From assembly GCA_009787075.1 (NCBI GenBank), contig WRGS01000231.1, positions 1-26,371 of the forward strand: DNA of 26,371 bases, given 5' to 3'. Both the position numbers and the translations under genes were made by a program. Positions 1-8,048 of the stretch are shown in pieces. Source of the DNA: Paludibacter sp. GTDB lineage: Bacteria > Bacteroidota > Bacteroidia > Bacteroidales > Paludibacteraceae. Every line of letters starts with the position of its first letter. Within the stretch, counting starts at the first letter, position 1. The notes beneath the pieces were generated by a model. The model was given only the letters and a program-made list of their open reading frames with translations. It did no database searches and was not told the origin of the DNA.

Positions 1-126
1 ACAAAATATGGACGAAATATACAAACTTTTTTGATACTATTTTGCTGATTTTTAATCGGTTAATCGTTTTTTAAGGAGCGACTATTTATTATGTTAAAAT
101 AACACAATAATTTATTTGTTAAAATT

Positions 127-167
127 AAAAAATCTGCTCTGTATCATTTGCAAAGCGGATTTTTTTT
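127..167 (-). terminator. Probable intrinsic terminator downstream of the Fur-TBDR gene
   Basis: ATCTGCTCTG / CAAAGCGGAT imperfect 10-bp stem flanked by an A tract and a T tract, about 37 bp past the stop codon at 204. Confidence 0.6.
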
Positions 168-203
168 GTGAAATTAATTTTTATAAATATTTTTCAATAA
201 AAT

Positions 204-2792
204 TTAAAGTTTAAATTCCATTGGAATAGAGATTTTTACATTAAAACTCCGCCCCATATTGTAAATTCCATCAACTTTATAGCGCGACAAATGGTCGTAA
301 TAGGTTTCGTTTAACAGATTGTTTGCAGCGAGATTCAAGAGTATTTTTTGATATTTTATTCCGAATTCAAAAGCAAATCCTGCGTTTAACAAATTGTAAT
401 CGGGCGTTTTGGTTTCATTTTCGGCAACTTTGTTCTGTGTAAACGAATATTGATTTTGCAGATAAATTGAAAACTTTTTCACTGCTTTTTTTAATGAAAA
501 ATTTGCCTCTATCTTTGCATTTATTTTTTGAGAAGGCATTAAAGCCAAATAATTGTGATTAACATTCTGCCCAAATGTGCCACTGTACGAACTTTCGATA
601 TGCATCCAGTCCAATGGGTGTGGATGCAAATGAAAACCCGCCTCGCCGCCGTATAAAAAAGCATCGTTTTGCGTGTAATTGAAAACAGGAATATTGTTTA
701 TTGCATTGTCGGCGGGTTGCAAACAGATGTAATTGCGGATATAATTGAAATAAGGATTTATAAAAAATTCAATATGCTTGATGCTGTAATTCAGCGAAGC
801 GTCTATTTGATAACTGTTTTCGGTTTTCAAATCAGGGTTGCCTATTTCGTAACGGTTAGTTCCTTCGTGCACGCCGTCGCTTAACAATTCAAACATATTC
901 GGTGCGCGAAAACCGGAAGACAAATTTAACCGAAACGACAAACCTTCCACAATGGGTTGATATATTCCTGTGGAAAAATTAAAGGAATAATATTGTTTGT
1001 CAAATGCTTCAGAAGTAATATATCGAGTATCAAAACGCAAACCAGCCTGCCAGTACGCTTTTTGAGAATAATAAAAATCGGTCATAGCAAAAACGCCGAC
1101 ATCATAAGTATTGGCATCTGGAATAAGAATTTCCTCGCCGTGATTGGTGTTGCTCTGCGCCATTGCCTGACTGCCTGCGGTAATCGCCAAATGCTCATTC
1201 CATCGCTGCGAATACCATTTGGCATTGTAAGAAAAAGTGTGCAAATTCATATTCAGTGCGGCTTCTCTGTCTTCTTCAAATTCTTTCCTGTTATTGAAAA
1301 CATATCCCAAATCAACTTTCAATTTAGCCCCATTATTAAAGAAAAAAGTATTTTCGGAACTGACTAAATGCGTTGTCAAATTCTGATAAGGCAAAAGCGG
1401 TTTTCGCCCGTTTTTGTAAATTTCTTCTTCTTCCAGTTCCTCTTCTTCGGCTTCGGTCAAACCAAATTTTTCATTTAAAAAACTGTATTTCAATGCAGTA
1501 GTAAATTTGTTTCCTGTATATCCAAAAGTGGTTTTCAAATTTCCTGTATTAAATCGGCTATTGGGAACAAAATTATTATTGCCGTCTTTATAATCTTTGT
1601 GCGTGGTATATCCGCCGAACAAATTCCAGTGCAGACGGTTTTTCGACAGTTTGAACGCGCTGTTGTTTCTAAAACCAAGCGTATTGCCTGTAAATTCCGA
1701 ATTAACAGCGGCTTCAATGCTGTTGTTTTTTGCATAGCGTTCATCTACAAAATACAGCACACCGCCCAAAGCATCGCTTCCATAAAGCAAGGAAGCAGGA
1801 CCTTTGATAATTTCTACCTGCTCGTAGCCGTTTTCGTCAAGTCCAAGTCCGTGTTCGTCGCCCCACTGCTGATTTTCAATTCGTATCCCTTGCGAAAAAA
1901 CGGCAATTCTATTGCCGCTCAATCCGCGAATAACGGGTTTGCCGATGCCTGCGCCCGTACTCAAATTGTCAATTCCTGCTATGGAAGTCAGTTTGTCGGC
2001 AAGCGAAATGCCCTGTACGCTTTCGTCTTTTATACTCAATTTTTCTACGCTAATCACATTTTCGCCCTGCAAACGCGAAGTATTTTCAATAACTACAATT
2101 TCCTGCAATTCGTGCGAAGAAGGCTGCAAATAGATAATTTGTCCGTTTTCACTCAAATTAATTCGATTGAGATAAGTTTGATATCCGATAGCGGAAATTT
2201 GCACCAAAATCTGCGGCATAGTAAAATTTACCTGAAATTGTCCCTGTGCATCGGTAATTGTCCCTGTTTTTGTTTCGGGATAATATACATTGGCAAATTC
2301 AACAGGCGCATTATTTTCTTTATCCAAAATCTTGATTTGCGTTTGAGCAAAACACATTATTTGTCCTGCAAAAATCAGTAAAAACAAACAAACGGTTTTC
2401 AAAAATCCGCTGCATTGACGGCAATATCCTGTAATATACGAAGATGTAGAAACAGCGGTATATCCCTGCGGAAGTTCTTGTTGAGTAACAGATTTTTCGA
2501 TGCAAGTAATAGTGTCGCAGGCGATGCAATAAAAATGCGGGTGATTATCGTGATGATTGCCTGCCGTGCAATTATGATGACACAAAGCATAGCAGGTTTT
2601 TCCGTCATTGTTTATTATTTTATGCACTTTTCCATCATCGCAAAAACTCTGTAAAATGCGGTAAATTGTAACTCTGTCAATTTTTTCGGACAAACGTTTG
2701 CCAATTTCTTCGTGGCAAAGAGCCGAATTTGAATTTTCTAAAATGCTGAATACCAACTGTTTTGTCTTTGTGTTTCTTCTTAACTTGTCCAT
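204..2792 (-). CDS. Fur/Zur-family transcriptional repressor fused in frame to a TonB-dependent outer-membrane receptor (862 aa from the MDKLRR start)
   Basis: Residues 1-129: winged-helix DRVTIYR motif, HHDNHPHF metal site and two CxxC motifs (CIAC, CRQC) typical of Fur. Then a hydrophobic signal-peptide-like segment (LKTVCLFLLIFAGQIMCFA-Q), a CarboxypepD_reg-like domain, a plug (GKPVIRGLSGNR...GPASLLYGSDALGGV) and a beta-barrel (NPDLKTE, GRSFNVKI). ATG at 2792 is preferred over the track start at 2888 because a promoter lies at 2819-2850. Confidence 0.9.
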   Translation of the reverse strand: MDKLRRNTKTKQLVFSILENSNSALCHEEIGKRLSEKIDRVTIYRILQSFCDDGKVHKIINNDGKTCYALCHHNCTAGNHHDNHPHFYCIACDTITCIEKSVTQQELPQGYTAVSTSSYITGYCRQCSGFLKTVCLFLLIFAGQIMCFAQTQIKILDKENNAPVEFANVYYPETKTGTITDAQGQFQVNFTMPQILVQISAIGYQTYLNRINLSENGQIIYLQPSSHELQEIVVIENTSRLQGENVISVEKLSIKDESVQGISLADKLTSIAGIDNLSTGAGIGKPVIRGLSGNRIAVFSQGIRIENQQWGDEHGLGLDENGYEQVEIIKGPASLLYGSDALGGVLYFVDERYAKNNSIEAAVNSEFTGNTLGFRNNSAFKLSKNRLHWNLFGGYTTHKDYKDGNNNFVPNSRFNTGNLKTTFGYTGNKFTTALKYSFLNEKFGLTEAEEEELEEEEIYKNGRKPLLPYQNLTTHLVSSENTFFFNNGAKLKVDLGYVFNNRKEFEEDREAALNMNLHTFSYNAKWYSQRWNEHLAITAGSQAMAQSNTNHGEEILIPDANTYDVGVFAMTDFYYSQKAYWQAGLRFDTRYITSEAFDKQYYSFNFSTGIYQPIVEGLSFRLNLSSGFRAPNMFELLSDGVHEGTNRYEIGNPDLKTENSYQIDASLNYSIKHIEFFINPYFNYIRNYICLQPADNAINNIPVFNYTQNDAFLYGGEAGFHLHPHPLDWMHIESSYSGTFGQNVNHNYLALMPSQKINAKIEANFSLKKAVKKFSIYLQNQYSFTQNKVAENETKTPDYNLLNAGFAFEFGIKYQKILLNLAANNLLNETYYDHLSRYKVDGIYNMGRSFNVKISIPMEFKL

Positions 2793-2810
2793 AAAAATGA
2801 TTATTAAAAT

Positions 2811-2863
2811 TAATGCCACAAAGTTACGATAATATTTTTTAATAATGCAACAATGTGGCGATA
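2811..2863. repeat. Two 21-bp direct repeats (17/21 identical, 32-bp period); candidate Fur/Zur operator boxes
   Basis: TAATGCCACAAAGTTACGATA (2811-2831) and TAATGCAACAATGTGGCGATA (2843-2863); each contains a degenerate GCAAC-N3-GTTGC palindrome. Confidence 0.65.
2819..2850 (-). promoter_or_regulatory. Bacteroidetes sigma-A promoter of the Fur-TBDR gene
   Basis: Minus-strand TAACTTTG (-7 consensus TAnnTTTG) at 2819-2826 and TTG (-33) at 2848-2850, 21-bp spacer. Confidence 0.7.
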
Positions 2864-2911
2864 AAAACTGCACAAAAATAAACAGCAAGTTATTTAAGCA
2901 GTTTCAATAAC

Positions 2912-2933
2912 GTTTGTGGAAATTTCCACAAAC
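2912..2933. repeat. Perfect 22-bp palindrome
   Basis: GTTTGTGGAAATTTCCACAAAC equals its own reverse complement. Confidence 0.9.
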
Positions 2934-2964
2934 AAAAACCCGCTCTTAAAAAAATAAGAGCGGG
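2930..2964 (-). terminator. Intrinsic terminator of the Ala/Lys-rich lipoprotein gene
   Basis: Perfect 10-bp stem CCCGCTCTTA / TAAGAGCGGG with a 6-nt loop, followed on the minus strand by TTTTTGTTT. Confidence 0.85.
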
Positions 2965-2989
2965 CATCATTTTTTTTAAAGCATTAGAG

Positions 2990-3508
2990 TTATTTAACTT
3001 TCAAATTATCAATTCCTTTGTTAATTGCATCTTTTGCCTTGTCTTTTGCGTCCTGTGCGGCTTGAGCAGCGTTGTCTTTTGTCGTTTGAGCGGCATTTGA
3101 AACACTTTCTTTCACATCTTCAACCTTTTGAACGGCAGCGTCTTTTACATTGGTACCAGCATCGACAGCCGAATTTGCAGTATTTTTCACAGTTTCAACT
3201 ACGCCCGAAGCCGTGCTTTTTACTGCGTCCCACGCTGTTTGCGCTTCTTTAACTGCTTTTTCAGCTGCAGCCTGAGCCGCTTTATCGCCTTTTGCTTTCG
3301 CATCTGTAAGAGCCTGTTTTGCAGCGGCAAGTTTTGCTTCTGTTGATTGTAATGCCGCATCTGCTGCATTTTCAAGATTCTTTCCCAAAGTATCAACAGA
3401 CGAAACGATAGTGTCCTGCGGTACAGTTTCTTGTGCCGCTTTTTTTACGCAAGAAGTCGCTAAAAGCGCACCTGCAACAATACTAAAAATAAAAATTGTC
3501 TTTTTCAT
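2990..3508 (-). CDS. Ala/Lys-rich low-complexity lipoprotein with 11-mer amphipathic repeats (LEA/apolipoprotein-like)
   Basis: Signal peptide II ending LLATS-C20; C-terminal half has 11-residue periodicity. Confidence 0.8.
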   Translation of the reverse strand: MKKTIFIFSIVAGALLATSCVKKAAQETVPQDTIVSSVDTLGKNLENAADAALQSTEAKLAAAKQALTDAKAKGDKAAQAAAEKAVKEAQTAWDAVKSTASGVVETVKNTANSAVDAGTNVKDAAVQKVEDVKESVSNAAQTTKDNAAQAAQDAKDKAKDAINKGIDNLKVK

Positions 3509-3555
3509 TCTTTCTTTTCTTTAAAATGTTAATATTATTATTAAAAAATTTGCTG

Positions 3556-3603
3556 CAAAAGTACTGCTTTTTTATTAAACAACAATTTTTTTTGTTAATT
3601 TTG
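3556..3603. promoter_or_regulatory. Divergent promoter pair for the lipoprotein (-) and patatin (+) genes
   Basis: TACTTTTG on the minus strand at 3556-3563 and TAATTTTG on the plus strand at 3596-3603, both matching TAnnTTTG. Confidence 0.55.
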
Positions 3604-3658
3604 TTGCATAAAATTTGTGTGGAAGTTACAAATGGTTTGTAATTATAACATATTAATA

Positions 3659-5959
3659 ATGAGAAAATTAATTATAACATTATTCGTTTTTATCTGCGCT
3701 GTTCCGCTTTTGGCGCAGCAAAAAGTGGGGCTTGTTTTCAGCGGCGGCGGCGCAAAGGGAATGGTGCATATCGGTGTGATTAAAGCCTTAGAAGAGAATA
3801 ATATACCGATTGATTACGTTGCAGGAACATCTATGGGCGCAATTGTGGCGAGTTTGTACGCCATAGGAATGACGCCTGACGAAATGATAACTCTCTTAAA
3901 ATCAGATTCTTTTCGCCGATGGTCGAAAGGGATTCTGACTGAAAAAGAAAAATATTTTTATTTCAATACCGATTCGCGCCCTTCGTTTATTGATATTCCG
4001 TTTCGATTCAATATAAAAAGTTTGGATTCACTTAATATTCAGGCAGAAATCCCTACGCATATTGTTTCGTCAAAGCAAATGAATCTCGCTTTTTTGGAAC
4101 TTTTCTCTCAGGCATCAACTGTTGCAGGCGGCAATTTCGACCGACTTTTTGTACCATTCCGCTGCCTTGCCTCTGATGTTTATGCCAAAAAATCGGTTGT
4201 GCTTTCATGCGGAAATCTGGGTGATGCGGTACGGACTTCAATGAGTATTCCGCTGGTTTATAAGCCTATAGAGATTGACAGCCTTTTGCTTTTCGACGGC
4301 GGACTGTACAATAATTTTCCTGTCGATGTGATGGAAAAAGATTTTTCGCCCGATTATATTATTGGTTGCGATGTTTATAAAGAACTTGAAAAACCCAAAC
4401 TCAATGATGTTGTTTCTCAAATGACAAATATGCTGATGAATGTTAAACGTTACCGTTTGACAAAAACAGAAGGATTGATTATGCGTTTTGATACAAGAAA
4501 ATACAATATGCTTGATTTTTCAAAAGTTGATGATTTGGTAAAAATGGGTTATGATTCAACTATGGTTTATATTGCAAAAATAAAATCGCAAATAAAATCC
4601 AGACGCGACAGCGCAGAACTTGCGCAGCAGCGGTCTGCTTTTAAAGCGAAATTTCCAAAACTCGAATTTCAAAATATTGAAATCAGCGGAGCAAATAAGA
4701 ATCAGCAAAAATACATAAAACGCTTTTTGCAGCACAATAACGAAGTTTTCAGTATTGAAGATTTTCGTAAAAAATATTTTATGCTGCTTTCGGATGGCAG
4801 GATAAAAGAAATTATTCCACGCGCACGGTTTAACAGCGAAAATGGAAATTTTGATTTGCTGCTAAAAGTTGATGTGCAAGCGCCTATGGTGGCGCATGTT
4901 GGCGGCAACGTGTCGTCTTCCACTTCCAACGAAGCATATTTTGGCGTTTCGTTCCAGCATTTGAGCAATTACGCTTTTACAGCGACAACAGACGCTGAAT
5001 TTGGCAAATTTTACAATTTTTTGGGCTTAAGCGGACGAATTGATATTCCTGCACGCACGCCGTTTTATGTGAAAATGTCGGGCGTTTTACATCGTTTTTC
5101 TTTTTTTGAAAAAAGTAAATGGTTCTATGAAGATAATACAACTTTCGATTTCGACCAAAATGAAATTTTTACAAAACTCAGCGCAGGCATACCTGTGGCA
5201 ATGCGCGGGCGGCTCGAAGGCGGAATTGGATACGGAACGCTAAAAGACCATTATCGGCTGAACAAGTTAATTTCTGCAAGCGAAAAACATTATGATGAGA
5301 GCCTCTACAATCTTGCCACAGTATATTTACGCTACGAAAATTATACTATCGACAATATTTCATTTCCAATTTCGGGCTATCTTTACGATGTTTCGGCGCA
5401 AGTTCTTACAGGAAATTTGTATTTTACTCCTTCAACAAACGCTCAAACCGACCGCACGCGAGTAAGATGGTTGCAGTTGCACGCAAAATACGACAAATAT
5501 ATCACCATTTCAAAACGCTTTATATTAGGAACTTACGGCGAAACGGTATTATCAACGAGAAAATTTTCGAGTAATTACAACGCAACTCTCGTTCAAGCGT
5601 CTGCCTTTGCGCCGACAACGCACAGTAAAACAGTATTCAACAGCGCATTACGCGCAAATATGTTTGCCGCAACAGGCTTAAAACCGATTATCAAATTCAA
5701 CGACCAACTTTATTTGCGCAATGAATTCTATTGGTTTGTGCCGCTGCGAAAAATCGGATTCACAGAAGACGGACAACAGGCGGAATACAAGCCGTTTTCG
5801 TTGAAAAATTCGGAATATTTGGCAGAAAGTTCGTTTGTTTTGTATATGCAGCGGTTTTCGGTTGCACTGTTTGTAAATAAATACAGCCACGCGGCAAGTG
5901 ATTGGAACATAGGACTTAATCTCGGTTTTTTAATTTTTAACGATAAATTTATTTACTAA
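3659..5959 (+). CDS. Patatin-like phospholipase with POTRA-like segment and C-terminal beta-barrel (PlpD / type Vd-like)
   Basis: Signal peptide MRKLIITLFVFICAVPLLA-Q; oxyanion motif GGGAKG; nucleophile GTSMG; catalytic DGG; beta-strand-rich C-terminus. ATG 3659 is preferred over GTG 3617. Confidence 0.9.
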   Translation: MRKLIITLFVFICAVPLLAQQKVGLVFSGGGAKGMVHIGVIKALEENNIPIDYVAGTSMGAIVASLYAIGMTPDEMITLLKSDSFRRWSKGILTEKEKYFYFNTDSRPSFIDIPFRFNIKSLDSLNIQAEIPTHIVSSKQMNLAFLELFSQASTVAGGNFDRLFVPFRCLASDVYAKKSVVLSCGNLGDAVRTSMSIPLVYKPIEIDSLLLFDGGLYNNFPVDVMEKDFSPDYIIGCDVYKELEKPKLNDVVSQMTNMLMNVKRYRLTKTEGLIMRFDTRKYNMLDFSKVDDLVKMGYDSTMVYIAKIKSQIKSRRDSAELAQQRSAFKAKFPKLEFQNIEISGANKNQQKYIKRFLQHNNEVFSIEDFRKKYFMLLSDGRIKEIIPRARFNSENGNFDLLLKVDVQAPMVAHVGGNVSSSTSNEAYFGVSFQHLSNYAFTATTDAEFGKFYNFLGLSGRIDIPARTPFYVKMSGVLHRFSFFEKSKWFYEDNTTFDFDQNEIFTKLSAGIPVAMRGRLEGGIGYGTLKDHYRLNKLISASEKHYDESLYNLATVYLRYENYTIDNISFPISGYLYDVSAQVLTGNLYFTPSTNAQTDRTRVRWLQLHAKYDKYITISKRFILGTYGETVLSTRKFSSNYNATLVQASAFAPTTHSKTVFNSALRANMFAATGLKPIIKFNDQLYLRNEFYWFVPLRKIGFTEDGQQAEYKPFSLKNSEYLAESSFVLYMQRFSVALFVNKYSHAASDWNIGLNLGFLIFNDKFIY

Positions 5960-5967
5960 TTATTGCT

Positions 5968-5975
5968 TAAGTTTG
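5968..5975 (+). promoter_or_regulatory. Putative -7 promoter element of trmB
   Basis: TAAGTTTG 20 bp upstream of the ATG. Confidence 0.5.
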
Positions 5976-5994
5976 CAGTAAAATTATTATAAAA

Positions 5995-6741
5995 ATGGGC
6001 AAAAATAAACTTGCAAAATTTGCTGATATGGCTACTTTTCCACACGTTTTTCAGATTGCATCAAGAGAAATTTTAAACGGGAAAACTTTTGATTTTCAGG
6101 GAAATTGGCGTAAAAACGTTTTCAAAAATTCTAATCCGATTATTTTAGAATTGGGTTGCGGAAAAGGCGAATATACAGTTGAGTTGGCAGAACGTTATCC
6201 TGACTGCAATTTTATCGGCGTAGATATTAAGGGTGCGCGGATTTGGACAGGCGCAAAAAAAAGTTTTGAAAATAAAATTAAAAACGCCGCCTTTATTCGC
6301 ACTGATATTGAGATGATTAACCGATTTTTTGCCGCAGACGAAGTAAATGAAATCTGGCTGACTTTCCCCGACCCGCAAATGAAAAAAGTTAATAAACGGC
6401 TAACTTCCACCAATTTTATGCGAATTTATCAGCAATTTGTTGTAAATAAAGGAATTATACATTTAAAAACCGACAGTAATTTTCTTTTTACTTATACCAA
6501 AGAAATGATAAAAGTAAATGATTATCAAATAATTACACAAACAGACAATCTGTATTCCGCACCTTTGCCCAGCCCTGTTCTTGAAATTAAAACATTTTAC
6601 GAACAACAATGGCTATCTCGCGGCATATCAATAAAATACATCGCTTTTATATTGGATAAAAAAGAAAAATTCTTTGAACCGAATATTGAAATTGAAAAGG
6701 ACGATTATCGCAGTTTTGGGCGAAACGCGGTTGCAAAATAA
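5995..6741 (+). CDS. trmB: tRNA (guanine-N7)-methyltransferase
   Basis: [13 protein letters not shown]-binding motif, [29 protein letters not shown]. Confidence 0.97.
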   Translation: MGKNKLAKFADMATFPHVFQIASREILNGKTFDFQGNWRKNVFKNSNPIILELGCGKGEYTVELAERYPDCNFIGVDIKGARIWTGAKKSFENKIKNAAFIRTDIEMINRFFAADEVNEIWLTFPDPQMKKVNKRLTSTNFMRIYQQFVVNKGIIHLKTDSNFLFTYTKEMIKVNDYQIITQTDNLYSAPLPSPVLEIKTFYEQQWLSRGISIKYIAFILDKKEKFFEPNIEIEKDDYRSFGRNAVAK

Positions 6742-6766
6742 AACTATTAAAAATGGGTAAATTATT

Positions 6767-8038
6767 TTATTCTATCAATTTTGTTTCTTTCAAACGGGCA
6801 TAACGACCAATAATTTTTTCGTTTTTGTCTATATAAAATATTACAGGAGTGCTTCTTACGCCATAATCGTTAAAAATTTTTCCTTCAAAACCTTGAAAAT
6901 CACAAAATTTATTTTCCCATTCAAAAGTATTGGCAAGTTCTTTGTAAATCGTTGGTTCAGTGTCAGATGCAATACTAATTACTTGAATTCCTTTACTTTG
7001 TAATTGCGCATAATATTTTTTAAATTCGGCAATTTGTTCAACGCAATGCGGACAATCCGATTCGTAAAAAAACAAAATCGTGTTTTTCAGCGATTTAACG
7101 CCGTCAATTTTATGAGCCGAATTACCGATTTTGCCTTTCAAAACTTCCGCTGAATATTTATATGCAAATGAAAATTTATCCAGCCGATTGGAATTTACCA
7201 AATATTGAGCAATCATATCTTCGGCATCAGCCCACGAATTACGCTGGCATTGCGTTGCCAAATCGTCGGCAAAAGCGCGAAAAACATTGTCGGAACGTAT
7301 TTGCTGCATCTTTTTTACCATTAATTCTCCATATTGGGCTGTGGAATTCATTAATTTCAGAACAACTTTTTGCGCAGGAGAATAAAGGTCAGATGTGTAT
7401 AAATCGTCAATTTTCAACGAATCGGAATAAAACGCAAGCAGTGCGGCATAGTTCTGTTTTTTCTCTGCGGGCAAAAAAAGCCGCTGCGCATAACCATTTG
7501 TAAAACGCTGAATTTCAATATATTTACACGCATAAAGTTGGCAGCGGGTTAATTCACTGTACATTGCAGAATAAATTTTATTCTGATTTACAAATTCGCT
7601 ATTCATTGCGGCAACCAACTGTGAATTTTCGGGGAAAAGCGGCAAGCCTTTGTAAATAAATTCAACTTTATCGCAAACTGATGCAAAATCGGTTTGCTTT
7701 TTTATAAATATTTCATTTTCAGTGCTTTGCTCAATTTTCAAATTGTTTCCTTCGTTTATTACAGTAAAATTTTCACTATTCATCACGCAGTTCCACTTGT
7801 CCGCGCCTGCTTCAAAACGCAAAATTCCGCAATAATTTGCATATTGCGCTGGCATTTTAAAACTGAAAATTCCATCAGGCGGAACAATCCCGCGAGCCAA
7901 AGTGTCGGTTTGCGCCCCTTGAAAAGCACAAATAAAATACTGCCGATTAGATAAATTCGGCGTTTTAAAATTAACTGTTTGCGCAAAAGATAAACTTGCA
8001 CAAAATATTGAAATACAAATAATTAAATATTTTTGCAT
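6767..8038 (-). CDS. Exported TlpA/AhpC-TSA-like thioredoxin-domain protein
   Basis: Signal peptide MQKYLIICISIFCASLSFA-Q; C-terminal thioredoxin fold with FFYESDCPHC (CxxC) and YGVRSTP. ATG 8038 is preferred over 8131. Confidence 0.8.
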   Translation of the reverse strand: MQKYLIICISIFCASLSFAQTVNFKTPNLSNRQYFICAFQGAQTDTLARGIVPPDGIFSFKMPAQYANYCGILRFEAGADKWNCVMNSENFTVINEGNNLKIEQSTENEIFIKKQTDFASVCDKVEFIYKGLPLFPENSQLVAAMNSEFVNQNKIYSAMYSELTRCQLYACKYIEIQRFTNGYAQRLFLPAEKKQNYAALLAFYSDSLKIDDLYTSDLYSPAQKVVLKLMNSTAQYGELMVKKMQQIRSDNVFRAFADDLATQCQRNSWADAEDMIAQYLVNSNRLDKFSFAYKYSAEVLKGKIGNSAHKIDGVKSLKNTILFFYESDCPHCVEQIAEFKKYYAQLQSKGIQVISIASDTEPTIYKELANTFEWENKFCDFQGFEGKIFNDYGVRSTPVIFYIDKNEKIIGRYARLKETKLIE

Positions 8039-8048
8039 AAAATTAATT

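Noticed and set aside
1599-2381. 260-aa plus-strand ORF antisense to the TBDR (also 669-884 and 957-1367)
   Set aside because: Shadow frame of a well-supported minus-strand gene; no recognisable motifs or promoter
2793-2888. N-terminal 32-aa extension of the Fur-TBDR ORF given by the track
   Set aside because: Overlaps the promoter and operator boxes; the Fur homology starts at MDKLRR
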